From Candidatus Versatilivorator sp. (GTDB taxonomy: Bacteria > Acidobacteriota > Terriglobia > Versatilivoradales > Versatilivoraceae), in assembly GCA_965207735.1 (NCBI GenBank), contig OZ242296.1, forward strand, positions 3,648,001 to 3,712,000: a DNA stretch of 64,000 nucleotides, in the 5' to 3' direction. The position numbers and the translations under genes were made by a program. Shown here in pieces: positions 46,302 to 55,627 of the stretch. The notes under the pieces are model-generated. The model was not told where the DNA came from. It made no database searches and saw nothing but the letters and a program-made list of their open reading frames with translations. The first letter of the stretch is position 1, and each line of letters starts with the position of its first letter.

Positions 46302-46369
46302 GGGAGTTGAACCTCGAATCTCGAAGGATGACGTCTGTTCGGGGTGTGGCGGGACCGCGGACCGGGGAC

Positions 46370-46921
46370 TCAGTCGAAATCCTTCAACTCCTTTTCCATC
46401 CGGTTGCGATACTCTTCCGGGATGGCCTCCGGATCGGCTGGAGTCGAAGCCGGGAGCGGCTGGCGCCGGGTCCACACCCGGACGACCCGATAGAGCACCA
46501 TCATTCCTGCCAGCAGAGCCACCACCGGCAGGGTCCAAGCCACCAGGTCGAAGCCCTCGCCGGAAGGGGCCGAAAGAATCACGCCACCGTACTTGGCCAC
46601 GAAGTCGTCGACGACCTGCTCTTCCGTCATTCCCGCCTGAAGCTTCTGGTCGATCTCGCTTCTGAGCGGGTTGGCGGAACCGCAGTGCAGCATGCCACAG
46701 CCCGACAGTTGGTGGTTGCAGCTGCACTGACAGACAAAGTTCTCGGAAACCTTCTTGACCTCGGGCGAAAATATTTGCGCGGAGGCCGGCGAGGGAAGCA
46801 GGATTCCCAGAAGCAGAATCAAGGCCGGAAAGCGATACCGGACGGAAGCGGCGCTGCCGGCCGGGAACGGAATCGCGAGCCGTCCGTCCGTTGCCTGTTG
46901 GCCGACACTAGACCTTGGCAT
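46370..46921 (-). CDS. ccmH: cytochrome c biogenesis protein CcmH-like
   Basis: CQCSCNHQLSGC..C, LRSEI..GMTEEQV..FVAKYG..LSAP..AWTLP; true start probably further downstream. Confidence 0.85.
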   Translation of the reverse strand: MPRSSVGQQATDGRLAIPFPAGSAASVRYRFPALILLLGILLPSPASAQIFSPEVKKVSENFVCQCSCNHQLSGCGMLHCGSANPLRSEIDQKLQAGMTEEQVVDDFVAKYGGVILSAPSGEGFDLVAWTLPVVALLAGMMVLYRVVRVWTRRQPLPASTPADPEAIPEEYRNRMEKELKDFD

Positions 46922-48938
46922 AAGACTTGGCCTCGACTTTCAGTGGAACCTTCTGAGCAGACCGCTCGTGCTGGTTGGGGATCAGGCAGATCACCGTCCC
47001 CAGGATAAAGACGGCTCCTCCGATCCAAAGCCAGGCGACCAACGGTTTGATGTAAGCGTGAATGATGAACCTGGAACCATCCTGGTCGGGGCCGGCAAAG
47101 ACCACGTAAAGGTCTTCCTTGAGCGTCCGGTGGAGGGCCACCTCGGAGGTGGGTTGCTTGCTGGTCTTGTAGAGCCGCTGTTCCGGCTTGATCTCGGATA
47201 GAGCCTGCCCCTCCTTCCAGACCTGAATGCGGGCCATGGCGGAGGTGTAATTGGCGTTGTCGGCGTTCTCGACCTCTTTCATCTCCAGCGTGTAGCGGCC
47301 GATTTCCAGCTTGTCTCCGGGAACCATGGCTTGCTGCTGTTCCTGGTCAAAGCCGGCCCCGGCAAATCCCACGAACAGGAAGACCATGGCCACGTGCACG
47401 ATATAGCCGCCATGCCGCCGGGTGTTGCGGAAGGTCAGGATCCAGAGAGACTGCAAATAGCCCTGACCCTGCCGGCGCCGCGCGCGGGCTCCCCGATGGA
47501 ACTCGGTCAGAATCGTCACCGTCACGAAGACGCAGAGCATGAGGCAGACGGTCGAATAGAAGTGGCGCATCCCGAAGGCCACAAACAGCACGCCTGCCGC
47601 CAGCCCGGCCGCCAGCGGAATGGAGAAGTTTTTCCGCAAGCTGCGCAGGGAGGTTTTTCTCCAGGCTAGCAAGGGTCCGACACCGGTCAGGAAAAGCAGG
47701 AACAGCCCGATGGGGATGTTGACCTGGTTGAAAAAGGGAGCCCCCACGGTTCGTTTCTCGTTCGTGACCCATTCCGACAGGATCGGAAAGATGGTCCCCC
47801 ACAGCACGGCAAAGGTCGTCGCCAACAGAACCAGGTTGTTGAACAGGAAGCTGCTCTCCCTGGATACGACCGAGTCCAGTCGGTTCTCGCTCTTGAGTTC
47901 ATCCAGGCGGGTGAAGAGAAAGTAGAGCGACAGAGCGGTCATCAGGATGAGAAAGGAAGAGAAGAAGGGACCGATGGGAGACTGGGCGAAAGAGTGGACC
48001 GAGGAAACGATCCCGCTACGAGTGAGAAAAGTGCCGAGAATGCACAGCAGGAAGGTGGCCAGAATCAGGACCATGTTCCAGACTTTCATCATCCCCTTGC
48101 GCTCCTGCATGATGACCGAATGCAGGAATGCCGTCCCGGTCAACCAGGGCATCAGGGAGGCGTTTTCCACCGGGTCCCACCCCCAGTAGCCGCCCCAGCC
48201 CAGCACCACGTAGGCCCACATGGCGCCCAAGAGGATTCCCGTGCCCAGGAACAGCCAGGGGACCATCATCCACCGCCTGGTCGTGCGGATCCATTCCTCA
48301 TCCAGTTCCCGGGTGATCAAGGCGGCAATGCCGAAGGCAAAGGGGATGGTGAATCCGACGTAGCCCACGTACAGAATGGGGGGGTGGATCACCATGGCCC
48401 AGTATTGCAGCAGGGGGTTGAGTCCCTGGCCGTCGGGGGGACTCCAGGGCACCGGCGCTTCCCCCGCCCGCGCAACCCCGATCGCGTCGAAGGGGTTGGC
48501 GACGAAGTTGTTGATCAACAGGAAGAAGGTGGTCACCATGGCCACCACCCCCACCACCCAGGGCATCAGGGTGGGATTTCTCTTGCGGTGGACCAGGACC
48601 GTCACCATGGAGAAGAGAGTCAGAATCCAGCACCAGAAGAGCAGAGACCCTTCCTGTCCTCCCCACAGGGCTCCCAGCTTGTAGTACCAGGGCATGGCCT
48701 GGTTGCTGGAGGAGGCGACATACTGGATCTGGAAGTTGCTGGTGACGAGCTGATACCAGAGGCTCATCACGGCGATGGTCACCAGGACGGTGACGGCGAC
48801 GGCGGCTCTTTCTCCGGTGGCGGCCAGACGGCGGTGACCGAATTTCCCTGCCAGCAGCGACGCTACCAGCACATAACAGGACAGGCCAAAGGCCAGCAGC
48901 ATGCTGAACTGTCCGACATCGGTCAAAAAGACTTGCAT
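46908..48938 (-). CDS. ccmF: cytochrome c heme lyase subunit
   Basis: WGGQEGSLL, GLNPLLQ..IHPP, WGGYWGWDPVENAS, RSGIVSSVHSF. Confidence 0.97.
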   Translation of the reverse strand: MQVFLTDVGQFSMLLAFGLSCYVLVASLLAGKFGHRRLAATGERAAVAVTVLVTIAVMSLWYQLVTSNFQIQYVASSSNQAMPWYYKLGALWGGQEGSLLFWCWILTLFSMVTVLVHRKRNPTLMPWVVGVVAMVTTFFLLINNFVANPFDAIGVARAGEAPVPWSPPDGQGLNPLLQYWAMVIHPPILYVGYVGFTIPFAFGIAALITRELDEEWIRTTRRWMMVPWLFLGTGILLGAMWAYVVLGWGGYWGWDPVENASLMPWLTGTAFLHSVIMQERKGMMKVWNMVLILATFLLCILGTFLTRSGIVSSVHSFAQSPIGPFFSSFLILMTALSLYFLFTRLDELKSENRLDSVVSRESSFLFNNLVLLATTFAVLWGTIFPILSEWVTNEKRTVGAPFFNQVNIPIGLFLLFLTGVGPLLAWRKTSLRSLRKNFSIPLAAGLAAGVLFVAFGMRHFYSTVCLMLCVFVTVTILTEFHRGARARRRQGQGYLQSLWILTFRNTRRHGGYIVHVAMVFLFVGFAGAGFDQEQQQAMVPGDKLEIGRYTLEMKEVENADNANYTSAMARIQVWKEGQALSEIKPEQRLYKTSKQPTSEVALHRTLKEDLYVVFAGPDQDGSRFIIHAYIKPLVAWLWIGGAVFILGTVICLIPNQHERSAQKVPLKVEAKSYAKV

Positions 48939-49037
48939 GAAGTGATTTCTATAAGAGTTCGGTGCTGAATTGACCCGAGGATGGGCGCCGGAGGGAACAA
49001 CTCGCGGCGTTTCACTGTCCGCTCCAGCCCGGCAGGA

Positions 49038-49469
49038 TCATTGGTCTTGACCGGCTGCCTGCTTGAGGGCCTCCTGGCTGTAGGTGGCCTCGTACTTGGA
49101 AGCGCATTTGGCCTGAACCACGGTCGACTGAAACTCTCCGCTGGGCAGCAGCTTGCCCTCCGCCATGGCCTCGGCGTCATCCTTGAAGGTGTCGGGCAGC
49201 AGGTCCTTCCCGACATAGCTGATTTGCAGGCTGTGTCCCTCTTGCTCCAGGGTGAACCGGACGCCTGCGTCTTTCTTATGGATGCTCCCGGGAACGACGT
49301 TGCCGGCTACCCGGATCCGCCGGCCGTAGGCTTCGTCCCCCATGGCTTGCAATTCGTCGACGGTCTTGTAGTAGGCCACACTTTCGTCGAAGCTGCTGAA
49401 TCCCAGCCAGGTGACCGCCAGCACGATAACCAGAGAGCCAGCCAGGAACTTGATTTTTCGCTTGTCCAT
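49038..49469 (-). CDS. ccmE: heme chaperone CcmE, CxxxY variant
   Basis: N-terminal TM, YYKTVDE, IRVAGNVVPGSI, YVG..LPDTFK, AKCASKY. Confidence 0.9.
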   Translation of the reverse strand: MDKRKIKFLAGSLVIVLAVTWLGFSSFDESVAYYKTVDELQAMGDEAYGRRIRVAGNVVPGSIHKKDAGVRFTLEQEGHSLQISYVGKDLLPDTFKDDAEAMAEGKLLPSGEFQSTVVQAKCASKYEATYSQEALKQAAGQDQ

Positions 49470-49536
49470 GTCTTCTTCCTTAACCCGCCGTCAACCATTC
49501 GAGTCTCGTGACGCCCGGCAAAAACCCGACGAGAAC

Positions 49537-49566
49537 ATTTTACCCGCCGGCCACGATGTTAGGCAA
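49537..49566 (-). promoter_or_regulatory. possible sigma70 promoter of the ccm operon
   Basis: Minus strand TTGCCT-18 bp-TAAAAT. Confidence 0.4.
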
Positions 49567-49652
49567 GTTTAAGGCATGCGCCGATTCTTACAGTGTTCCT
49601 GGCGGGAGCAGGCCATGGCAGGCAGAACCTATTGGCATGCAAGAGCCGGGAG

Positions 49653-50054
49653 TCACCCAAACCGGACGTGCTGTACCACGACTCTCAGACCCGAGGTTCT
49701 GGAAAGTCTCCCGTCGGCAGTCAGGACGGGAACATCCAGTGTGCGGGCGGCTGCGAGATAGAAGGCATCGTAGGCGCTGACGCTGTGGTGATACTGCCAA
49801 GCCAGGCGAGCCAGGTGCCGGTGTGAAATTCGGTCCACCGGCCAGTGGGCCAAGTCATCGATAGCCAACAATGCCCGCGGCTCCTCAAGTTGACCCTTCA
49901 GCACCGCGCGCCGCAACACCGACAAGACCTCCGCGTCCATCAACTCGGGCGCTGCCAGGGATGCATTCTCAATCATGTCTGCTACGGCCCGTCCGAGGGA
50001 GGTTCTCAGGAGGTACTCGACCGCAACCGAGGCATCGATTACGTACCCGGTCAC
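49653..50054 (-). CDS. vapC: VapC/PIN-domain toxin
   Basis: VIDASVAV, APELMDAEV, SAYDAFYLAAA, VLTADGRL; GTGA overlap with the antitoxin. Confidence 0.92.
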   Translation of the reverse strand: MTGYVIDASVAVEYLLRTSLGRAVADMIENASLAAPELMDAEVLSVLRRAVLKGQLEEPRALLAIDDLAHWPVDRISHRHLARLAWQYHHSVSAYDAFYLAAARTLDVPVLTADGRLSRTSGLRVVVQHVRFG

Positions 50055-50284
50055 CCGATTTCCAGGTCCCGGTGTGAGCGTTCCTCCCGGAGCAACGCTG
50101 CCGCCGGTACTCCGAGGCTGGTCTTGGGGCGCTGAGCCAAGTGCTTGCGCCACTCCCACCTTGCCAACTCGCGTTCGAGTGCGGCAAGTACCGACGCGCT
50201 CAGGGTGCAGTGGTTCTCTCTCGCGTGGCGGCGCAGGCGCTCGTGAAGATCGTCCGGGATGTTCTTTACTTGAAGGTTAGCCAT
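50051..50284 (-). CDS. FitA-like ribbon-helix-helix antitoxin
   Basis: MANLQVKNIPDDLHERLRRHA..SL; directly upstream of the PIN toxin. Confidence 0.88.
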   Translation of the reverse strand: MANLQVKNIPDDLHERLRRHARENHCTLSASVLAALERELARWEWRKHLAQRPKTSLGVPAAALLREERSHRDLEIG

Positions 50285-50312
50285 GTCATGATCTTAGCAT
50301 GACACTAGCATG
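50284..50312. promoter_or_regulatory. probable autoregulatory operator of the TA operon
   Basis: TGTCATG-atcttag-CATGACA inverted repeat plus repeated TAGCATGA, immediately at the antitoxin start. Confidence 0.55.
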
Positions 50313-50360
50313 AACACAAGACCGCCAACAGACAGCCGACTCTCCCCCTAACCATGGTTC

Positions 50361-50666
50361 TCAACACCTCACCCAGATATCGTCTCCTTCGATCTTGAGC
50401 GGGTAACATCCCACCTGGACCCGCGGGTTGGTCAAACAGGCGCCCGTGGCCACATCGAAGCGCCAGGAATGCCAGGGGCAGCTCACAATGTTGCCGTCCA
50501 ATGCGCCCTGGCCCAGCGGTCCGCCCCGGTGGACACAGGTGTCGTCGATGGCATGGAGATTGCCATCCACGTTGAACACCGCGATTCTCTTTCCTTCGAC
50601 CTCGACCGTTCGGCCCTGCCCGGCCGGAATCTCATCGGTTCTTCCCACGCGAATATAGTCGGCCAT
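50361..50666 (-). CDS. Rieske-type [2Fe-2S] ferredoxin
   Basis: DTCVHRGGPL..CPWHSWRFD; AGGAGG RBS. Confidence 0.93.
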   Translation of the reverse strand: MADYIRVGRTDEIPAGQGRTVEVEGKRIAVFNVDGNLHAIDDTCVHRGGPLGQGALDGNIVSCPWHSWRFDVATGACLTNPRVQVGCYPLKIEGDDIWVRC

Positions 50667-50792
50667 AGTCGCCTCCTTGTGGATCGGATGTGGATTCCGT
50701 CTCGCCGAGCCGGCGAAGGCCCACCATTGATGTGCGAACCGGAAATCTCTTGCCTGTCGGGAACAAGGACCCTGTTTTTCGTTTGTTTCAAA

Positions 50793-52322
50793 CTAGCTTG
50801 AACTGGGCCGGTCCAGAAGCCTTGCCCGGTAGCCTCCCGTCCGCTTGAAGTAGGCCATCAGGATGAGATACCCCGCGAGCATGATGAGGGGCAGGATGGC
50901 CACGGTCATGAGGGCATCCTTCTTGGCGCCGGATTGCACCTCTCCGATCAGGCGGAGGTCGTCCGAACTTGCCGCCTGGAGCTTTTTCTGGTCCAGTGGC
51001 CGATATCTGCCGAATACGCTCACCTTCTCCTGGCTCACCACCTGGGCATGCAGGGCAGGGTTCTGCGCGTGCAGTTCGCGCTCGATCACCCGGTCCTGAA
51101 CGTGTCCGAGAAAGGCGGCGCCGACCACTCCCACGCTGAGTGTCCCGACGGCTGCAATGGCGTTGAGAGTCAGGGCGCCTCCTCTGGGAAACTGCTCGGA
51201 AACGACCCCCAGCATGGTGGGCCAGAAGAAGGTCTTGCCGAACCCGTACAGGGTCGCCGCCAGCAGAATGACGATCCCGGTGGATGTCGACAGCGCTACC
51301 AGTCCGACTGCCGCCACCAGGCTGCTGACGGCCAACAGGCCCAGAGGGGAAAGCTTGTGCACGAACGGACCCGCGAAAAAGCGGAGAATCATCATGATGA
51401 GGGAGGTGTAGACCAGCACCCATCCCGGATGGATTCCCAATTGGCTCATTTCGGGGGCCATGAGAGAGGTGATCCAGCTATCGGTACCCAACTCGGTGGT
51501 GGCCAGCGGGATCATCAGCAGCAGAAGGAAGAAGAACATCATCCTGCCCCAGGAGCGCACGTAGAGCGTGTAGCCGCCCACCAGAACGCCGCCCACCGCC
51601 AGTTGAATCACGAGTGGCCAGGAGAACACGCGGCCCACCTCGCTGACGATCAGGGCAACCACGATCAGGATTCCCAGAATCCCTGCTTCCTGGAGCATGG
51701 CCTTGTAGGAAACACCGGCCTGGACCCGCTCTTGCACGGGGAACTTGCAGCCCGGCAACATCAGTCCATAAACTGCCGTCGGAAGCAGGATCAGGGCCAC
51801 CTTCCACTGCCAGTCCACGCCGCCCATCATGAGGGCCAAGATGCCTCCCAGAACCAGTCCGCCCGGCCAGCCCGCATGCAGGATATTGAGCCACTTGGTC
51901 TTGTCCCGGGGATACATGGTGGCCACCACGGGATTGACCACAGCCTCCACGGTTCCATTGCCCAGCGCCACGATGAAAGTCCCGATATAGAGACCCCAGT
52001 AGCCCTGAGCCAGGATGGTGATTACGGCCGAGGCCAGGTGGCAGACAAAGGCGAAGGCCATGGCCTTGCCGTAACCGATTCGGTCCACAACCAGACTGAA
52101 CAGGACGATACTCAAGGCAAAGGGCCACAGGCCCACACCGAATATCTCGCCTTTCTGTGTTTCGCTGAGGTTGAACTGGACGCCCCACTCGTTGATGACC
52201 TGAGTGCGCACGATGAAGCCGAAGGCGGTGGCTACCAAGGCGATGAAGCTGGCCCAGAAGAGCCGCCTGGCGTTGGAATCGAGCCGTGGCCGCTCGTCCC
52301 CTGGTGAGTTGGGATGGTCCAT
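50793..52322 (-). CDS. MFS transporter
   Basis: About 12+ TM helices, DRIGYG motif A, GNGTVEA, GKTFFWPTMLG. Confidence 0.9.
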   Translation of the reverse strand: MDHPNSPGDERPRLDSNARRLFWASFIALVATAFGFIVRTQVINEWGVQFNLSETQKGEIFGVGLWPFALSIVLFSLVVDRIGYGKAMAFAFVCHLASAVITILAQGYWGLYIGTFIVALGNGTVEAVVNPVVATMYPRDKTKWLNILHAGWPGGLVLGGILALMMGGVDWQWKVALILLPTAVYGLMLPGCKFPVQERVQAGVSYKAMLQEAGILGILIVVALIVSEVGRVFSWPLVIQLAVGGVLVGGYTLYVRSWGRMMFFFLLLLMIPLATTELGTDSWITSLMAPEMSQLGIHPGWVLVYTSLIMMILRFFAGPFVHKLSPLGLLAVSSLVAAVGLVALSTSTGIVILLAATLYGFGKTFFWPTMLGVVSEQFPRGGALTLNAIAAVGTLSVGVVGAAFLGHVQDRVIERELHAQNPALHAQVVSQEKVSVFGRYRPLDQKKLQAASSDDLRLIGEVQSGAKKDALMTVAILPLIMLAGYLILMAYFKRTGGYRARLLDRPSSS

Positions 52323-52368
52323 GGATTGGGGCAGGCCTGCCGTATGTCGGTGCTGTCGAAACAGGCGC

Positions 52369-52397
52369 AGCTTAGCTCAGGCCCGGGTCGCTGTCAA
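52369..52397 (-). promoter_or_regulatory. sigma70-like promoter of the MFS gene
   Basis: Minus strand TTGACA-17 bp-TAAGCT. Confidence 0.55.
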
Positions 52398-52451
52398 TCC
52401 GATTGCCCTCAGGCAACAATGATTTGATTTCCCGGCTTTATCTGGGAAAGA

Positions 52452-55022
52452 ATGCTGTCAACCATGAAGCGCGAAGCACTGAACCGGCAGTTCGATCGCC
52501 TCAAAGAGGACTTTTGTGGGCACCTGCAAGTGGAGACCACGCTTGGGGCCATGACCGGGCTCATCAAGGGCGTGGTCGAGGATGCCTACCATGAGGCACG
52601 AACCGCGCTGCCCCCCGGCCGCAACGGGATCGCGTTGCTCTCAACAGGGGGGTTCAGTCGAAACCAGCTTCATCCCTATTCCGACATCGACATCCTGGTG
52701 CTATTTGCCGGACGGCTCCGGGAAGAGGACGAAACCTTCCTCAAGAGGCTGCTTCATCCGCTCTGGGATCTGGGGCTGCACATTGGCCACCAGATCCTGG
52801 AGTTGAACCGCTATCGCTTCGATCCGGAGAACCTGGAGCTGGCTACCGCCCTGCTGGAAACGCGCCTGGTGGCCGGTGACTCCCGCCTGTATCAACAATT
52901 CCTGCAACGGGACGTGAAGCGGCTCCTCAAGCGGCAGCGCAAGCAATTCCTGCGTGTTCTGGTGGACAACTACGAGGAACGCCAGAAGCGTTTCAGCTCG
53001 ACCATCTACCAGTTGGAACCCGACATCAAGGAGACCCCGGGCGGCCTGAGGGATCTGCAGGTGGCCGGCTGGCTGAGTCGACTCCTGTACGGAGTCGACT
53101 CGGGGCAGGGTCTGATTGATCTGGACCTCCTGAGCCAGACCCAGTGGGACGATCTCAGAGAGGCGCAACGGTTCCTGATGCAGTTGAGGACCTACCTTCA
53201 TGTTTTGGCAGGACGCAACCGGAACGTCTTGTCTCACGAATCCCAGGAAGAGATGGTCAAGGTCTTGGGCTACTCCGCCGACACTCCCTGGATGGCCGTT
53301 GAAAACCTGATGAAGGACTACTTCCTGAGGGCCAAGGTCATTCACGCCTTTTGCGAATCAATGGTTCGGAGGGCCTTTCCTCCCGTCAGACGCCACAGGC
53401 GCTCCCTGAAAAAGACCTGGACCACCACCGTTGTCAGGAAAAACGCTCTGGCCTTTCCCCGGGAAGCAGTGATTCATGAGAATCCTCTCAACGTCCTGAA
53501 ACTGTTTTCCCGTTCGGTCAGGTACCAGGTTCCCGTCAGTGAAGAGGCTCTGGATCAGATCCGGAGGAACCTGCCGCTGATCGGCGAAAAGCTTCGGGGC
53601 ACGGCGGAAGTCCGAGACCACTTCCTGAGGTTGTTGCGCCCGCGCCAGGGCGTTTACGAGGCGCTGTTCCTGATGCACGAGATCGGACTGTTGGGACAGA
53701 TCTTTCCGGAGTTCGATCGGATTCGCTGCCACGTCACCCGGGACTTCTTTCACAAGTACACGGTGGACGAGCATTCCCTCCTGACCGTCAAGAACCTGGA
53801 AGATCTCTATCGCGAGCGAAGTCGTCGCTTCGGCGAGATTCTCAGGGGCCTTCAACGTCCCGATCTGCTGCTCTTCTCCCTGTTGTTCCACGACGTCGGA
53901 AAGGCCGAGCTGGGCAACCATTGCGAGAAGAGCCTGGAGGCCGTTGACCGGATTGCCCAGCGGATTCAACTGCCCCAGGCGGATCTCGAAACGGTCCGAT
54001 TCCTGGTCAGCGGCCACCTGGAGATGTCCAACACCTTTCAGCGGAGAGACGTGACCGATGAATCCGTAATCAAGCGCTTTGCCGAATTCGTGGGTAACCA
54101 GGACAACCTCCGTCTGCTCTGTCTGGTGACCTACGCCGACATCACGGCCGTCAGTCCCGAGGCGCTGACCCCGTGGAAGGAAGACGTGTTATGGCAGCTC
54201 TACGTGGAAACCAATGCTCAACTGACCCGGGACTTCGCCGATGAGCGCTGGCACCTGAACGAGGATTCCGGCTTGATGGAGGAGGTTTCCGCTCTGGTGG
54301 GGGAAAGCACCGACAGCTCGCGACTGCAGGTCTTCCTGGATGGGTTTCCGCGACGTTATCTGCGCTTCACTCCCAGGGAGCACATCGCCGAGCACTATCG
54401 TTTGTCTGAAGGGATCCGATCCCCTACCGATATCGTCAGCCGACTGACCCGGCATCGGTCGACCTACCGGCTCACTTTCATGGCGTTGGACCGCCCCAAC
54501 CTGTTTGCCAAACTGACCGGGGTTCTGGCCTGCTACGGCATGAACATTGTTCGGGGGCAGGCCTTCGCCAACAGCCACGGTTTGATCCTGGATTTGATCG
54601 AGTTTGAAGACCGGCTGCACACGTTCAAAATGAACCGGAGCGAGATGGATGCCTTTCAGAATACCCTGCGCGGGGTGTTGCTAGGCCGGCAGGACCTGGC
54701 GGTGTTGCTCAAGAAAAGGGAAAGTAGTATTCTTTTGCAGTCCAAGAGTTGGAGACCGATCCAGACCTTTGTGGGTTTCGATGACCATGCCTCGGACAAG
54801 TACACCTTGATGGAAATCGTGACCCGCGATCGTTTTGGTCTCTTGTATACTGTCGCCACCACCCTGGCGAGGAACGACTGCAACATCGACGTCGCCCTGA
54901 TATCCACCGAAGGACACAAAGCCATTGACGTTTTTTACCTGACGCGGGCGGGAGAGAAGTTGACCTCCATGCCTCAGCAGATGCTGGAAGAGTCGTTGCA
55001 TCGGGCTCTGGATGGGTCCTGA
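52452..55022 (+). CDS. glnD: PII uridylyltransferase / uridylyl-removing enzyme
   Basis: GGFSR..PYSDIDIL, EPDIKETPGGLRD, HKYTVDEH, FHDVGK, two ACT domains. Confidence 0.95.
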   Translation: MLSTMKREALNRQFDRLKEDFCGHLQVETTLGAMTGLIKGVVEDAYHEARTALPPGRNGIALLSTGGFSRNQLHPYSDIDILVLFAGRLREEDETFLKRLLHPLWDLGLHIGHQILELNRYRFDPENLELATALLETRLVAGDSRLYQQFLQRDVKRLLKRQRKQFLRVLVDNYEERQKRFSSTIYQLEPDIKETPGGLRDLQVAGWLSRLLYGVDSGQGLIDLDLLSQTQWDDLREAQRFLMQLRTYLHVLAGRNRNVLSHESQEEMVKVLGYSADTPWMAVENLMKDYFLRAKVIHAFCESMVRRAFPPVRRHRRSLKKTWTTTVVRKNALAFPREAVIHENPLNVLKLFSRSVRYQVPVSEEALDQIRRNLPLIGEKLRGTAEVRDHFLRLLRPRQGVYEALFLMHEIGLLGQIFPEFDRIRCHVTRDFFHKYTVDEHSLLTVKNLEDLYRERSRRFGEILRGLQRPDLLLFSLLFHDVGKAELGNHCEKSLEAVDRIAQRIQLPQADLETVRFLVSGHLEMSNTFQRRDVTDESVIKRFAEFVGNQDNLRLLCLVTYADITAVSPEALTPWKEDVLWQLYVETNAQLTRDFADERWHLNEDSGLMEEVSALVGESTDSSRLQVFLDGFPRRYLRFTPREHIAEHYRLSEGIRSPTDIVSRLTRHRSTYRLTFMALDRPNLFAKLTGVLACYGMNIVRGQAFANSHGLILDLIEFEDRLHTFKMNRSEMDAFQNTLRGVLLGRQDLAVLLKKRESSILLQSKSWRPIQTFVGFDDHASDKYTLMEIVTRDRFGLLYTVATTLARNDCNIDVALISTEGHKAIDVFYLTRAGEKLTSMPQQMLEESLHRALDGS

Positions 55023-55173
55023 TCCGGGGCACGGCTCGACCCGAAGGACAGGAGTCAAGACCGCGGCTTCGTATTGCCGGCATACGAGTCGTGGCTCCCT
55101 CAAGCTTCATCAAGAGTAGTCATTTGTTCTGGAATTCGCATTGTTGGTTACCTCAAAGAGGAAGGGGAAATCC

Positions 55174-55506
55174 ATGAAGCTCGTGAAATGCATCATTCGG
55201 CCCAATAAAGTCGAGGAAGTCCGAGAGGCTCTGTCGCAGGTCAATGTTTCCGGTATGACCGTTACCGAAGTACGCGGTCATGGCCGACAAAAAGGCCACA
55301 AGGCCATTTATCGAGGCCGGGAATACAGCGTAACCCTTCTGCCCAAGATGATGATCGATTTGGTGCTGCCGGATGATCTGGTGGACGAGGTACTGAAGGT
55401 CGTCATCGACACCGCCAGAACCGGGGAGATTGGGGACGGTCGGATTTTCGTCCTTCCGGTAGAGGAGGGATACAACATCCGGACCGGAGAAAAAGACGTC
55501 AATTGA
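55174..55506 (+). CDS. glnB: PII nitrogen regulatory protein
   Basis: MKLVKCIIRP, GRQKG..YRGREY T-loop, TGEIGDGRIFV..IRTGE. Confidence 0.93.
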   Translation: MKLVKCIIRPNKVEEVREALSQVNVSGMTVTEVRGHGRQKGHKAIYRGREYSVTLLPKMMIDLVLPDDLVDEVLKVVIDTARTGEIGDGRIFVLPVEEGYNIRTGEKDVN

Positions 55507-55627
55507 CCCGATCATCCAGTGACGGATTGTCGATTGCAGATTTGTAATTGTGGATCTGCGACAGACAATGCCGACGGAAGCATTGACGGCGATTTTCACC
55601 TCAAATCCCAAGTCTACAATCCAATAT

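Noticed and set aside
49653-50312. vapBC as a marker of a genomic island or prophage
   Set aside because: No integrase, att-like repeats or other mobile genes nearby; an ordinary stand-alone TA module
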